DNA from: Prorocentrum cordatum
Lineage: Eukaryota
Direction of reading: 5' to 3'
NCBI GenBank assembly: GCA_963575745.1
Contig: CAUYUJ010000203.1
Span: 124,001-188,000, forward strand
DNA: 64,000 nucleotides
Shown here: positions 62,715 through 64,000 of the stretch, piece by piece
How the letters are laid out: every line of letters starts with the position of its first letter
Position numbering within the stretch: position 1 is the stretch's first letter
Translations under genes and position numbers: made by a program
Notes under the pieces: model-generated
What the model saw: the letters and a program-made list of their open reading frames with translations, nothing else
Database searches by the model: none
Told to the model about the DNA's origin: nothing

Positions 62715-64000
62715 GGAGTCTGTGCCGCGTTGCCTTGCTCATCCCTCTCGCCTCCGTCTTCCTGTTATGTTTCATCTCCACTTCTTCCTCGCTTCTCCCT
62801 TTTATATGGCTTCGCCTACGATGGGACATTGCACGTTTCGATCAGACCCCCTCGGATCGCGTTTGCCCCAATCGAATGTACGTGACCGATTATGTTTATA
62901 GTCCGAGAGATGTGTTGCCTCACGTTTTCCCGCGGTTGTTAAGTCAGTGTGTTCCGAGCCTTGGATAGCAAATCTGTCATAATCCAATGTGCATCCCATG
63001 GGTGGTACCAAGTCGTTTGGACCAGGCAGGTATTGTGGTGTCTCGCCTTTTTGATGTCTGCATCACGATCCTCCAGCAAGAAGGCCGAGATCGTGATCCA
63101 CGACGGCCCATGAGCTTCATCCAACGGGTGCATCTCTGCAGCAGCATTCCCTTGCGTGCCAGGATACAGAAGAGCGGCGAGCTCCCCTCGTCGCATATAT
63201 CTGCAACGTTGGCATCACCTGGAGCCTTTTTTGGGGTCCTGCTTGGGGCCTGCGACGCTCCCAAGAGGCCCCTGATATACTATAGGAGCCAAGATTGCGC
63301 CACGAGCCCCCCGACACCGCCCTAGATGTCGGAAAGATGGCACGAGAGGATCCACGATGCGTAGGCGTGGGATCTACAGCGACCAGTAGAAAGCCCCCAT
63401 ACAGCCGAACTCATTGCAAGCACGGTGCTTCTCAACGAATTTTATTGTTTCGTGCGTTTCGGCCCAAGGTTTCCCCAGGAGTGTTCAAGAGGCCTCTTGA
63501 AGGCCTTAGCGTTGTCTTTGATGTTGTATCTGGATGGTCATGGGGCATGCATGTGCCGTATTGGACCTTACAGGAATTATGTTGGCCTTTTGCGAGGGCC
63601 GTGTTGGGGCCTCATGGGATGGTCCGGGCGTGCCGATACGCGCGAGTGGACCTAGGGTCTTGCAACACACTCCCAGTGACAGCAGCGCAGCACAGAGGCT
63701 TCCCTCGTCGAGATCTTCCTCTCCTCATCTTCCTCCGCGCGGAAGGTGATTATCAATCCGTTCGGTCTCTCGGGGCACGGCAATGGATCTCTTCCCCGCT
63801 TCTGCGCCTCGGACTTCGGGGTACCCCCATAGCAGAAGTGATGCGGCTGTTCTCGAGCGCCCAGCATTCGAAATGTGTTTCCCGTCCACTGCCCGCCCAT
63901 TCCAATGTTCTCGTCGGAAGAGGCGAGGACGGCCCCAAGTCGGGACGGATATGTCTTGGACATAAGGCAAGACTTTCCTGAAGGTGTGTGCGTATGTGAA

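Noticed and set aside
63490..63560. Next channel exon (GLLKALA...)
   Set aside because: Lacks the expected WN..D-type S3 motif and a convincing donor

Overview
A GC-rich, repeat-saturated eukaryotic genomic window, most likely from a dinoflagellate. The evidence is a 20/22 match to the dinoflagellate spliced leader at 48235-48256 and the GC-AG introns with G after every acceptor; a Prorocentrum-like genus is inference only. Nearly all long ORFs in the track are artefacts of microsatellites or high GC. Reading for AG|G...|GC exons gives one + strand gene spanning almost the whole window: nine micro-exons (27-82 nt, about 490 nt in total over 56 kb) that splice in frame into a polycystin/PKD2-type (TRPP) channel fragment, covering the TOP domain into the next TM helix. 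Its 12.4 kb intron (6895-19282) holds a nested same-strand secreted ricin-type beta-trefoil lectin gene whose first exon sits between about 370 bp inverted repeats, plus a possible second nested gene. The rest consists of two decayed LINE-type retrotransposons with different RNase H placement, many MITE families (including TCGG...CCGA elements with 5-bp TSDs and nested insertions), long palindromes, minisatellite arrays, a 1.63 kb tandem duplication and a 100-N gap. All alignments were done by eye; no database searches were run.
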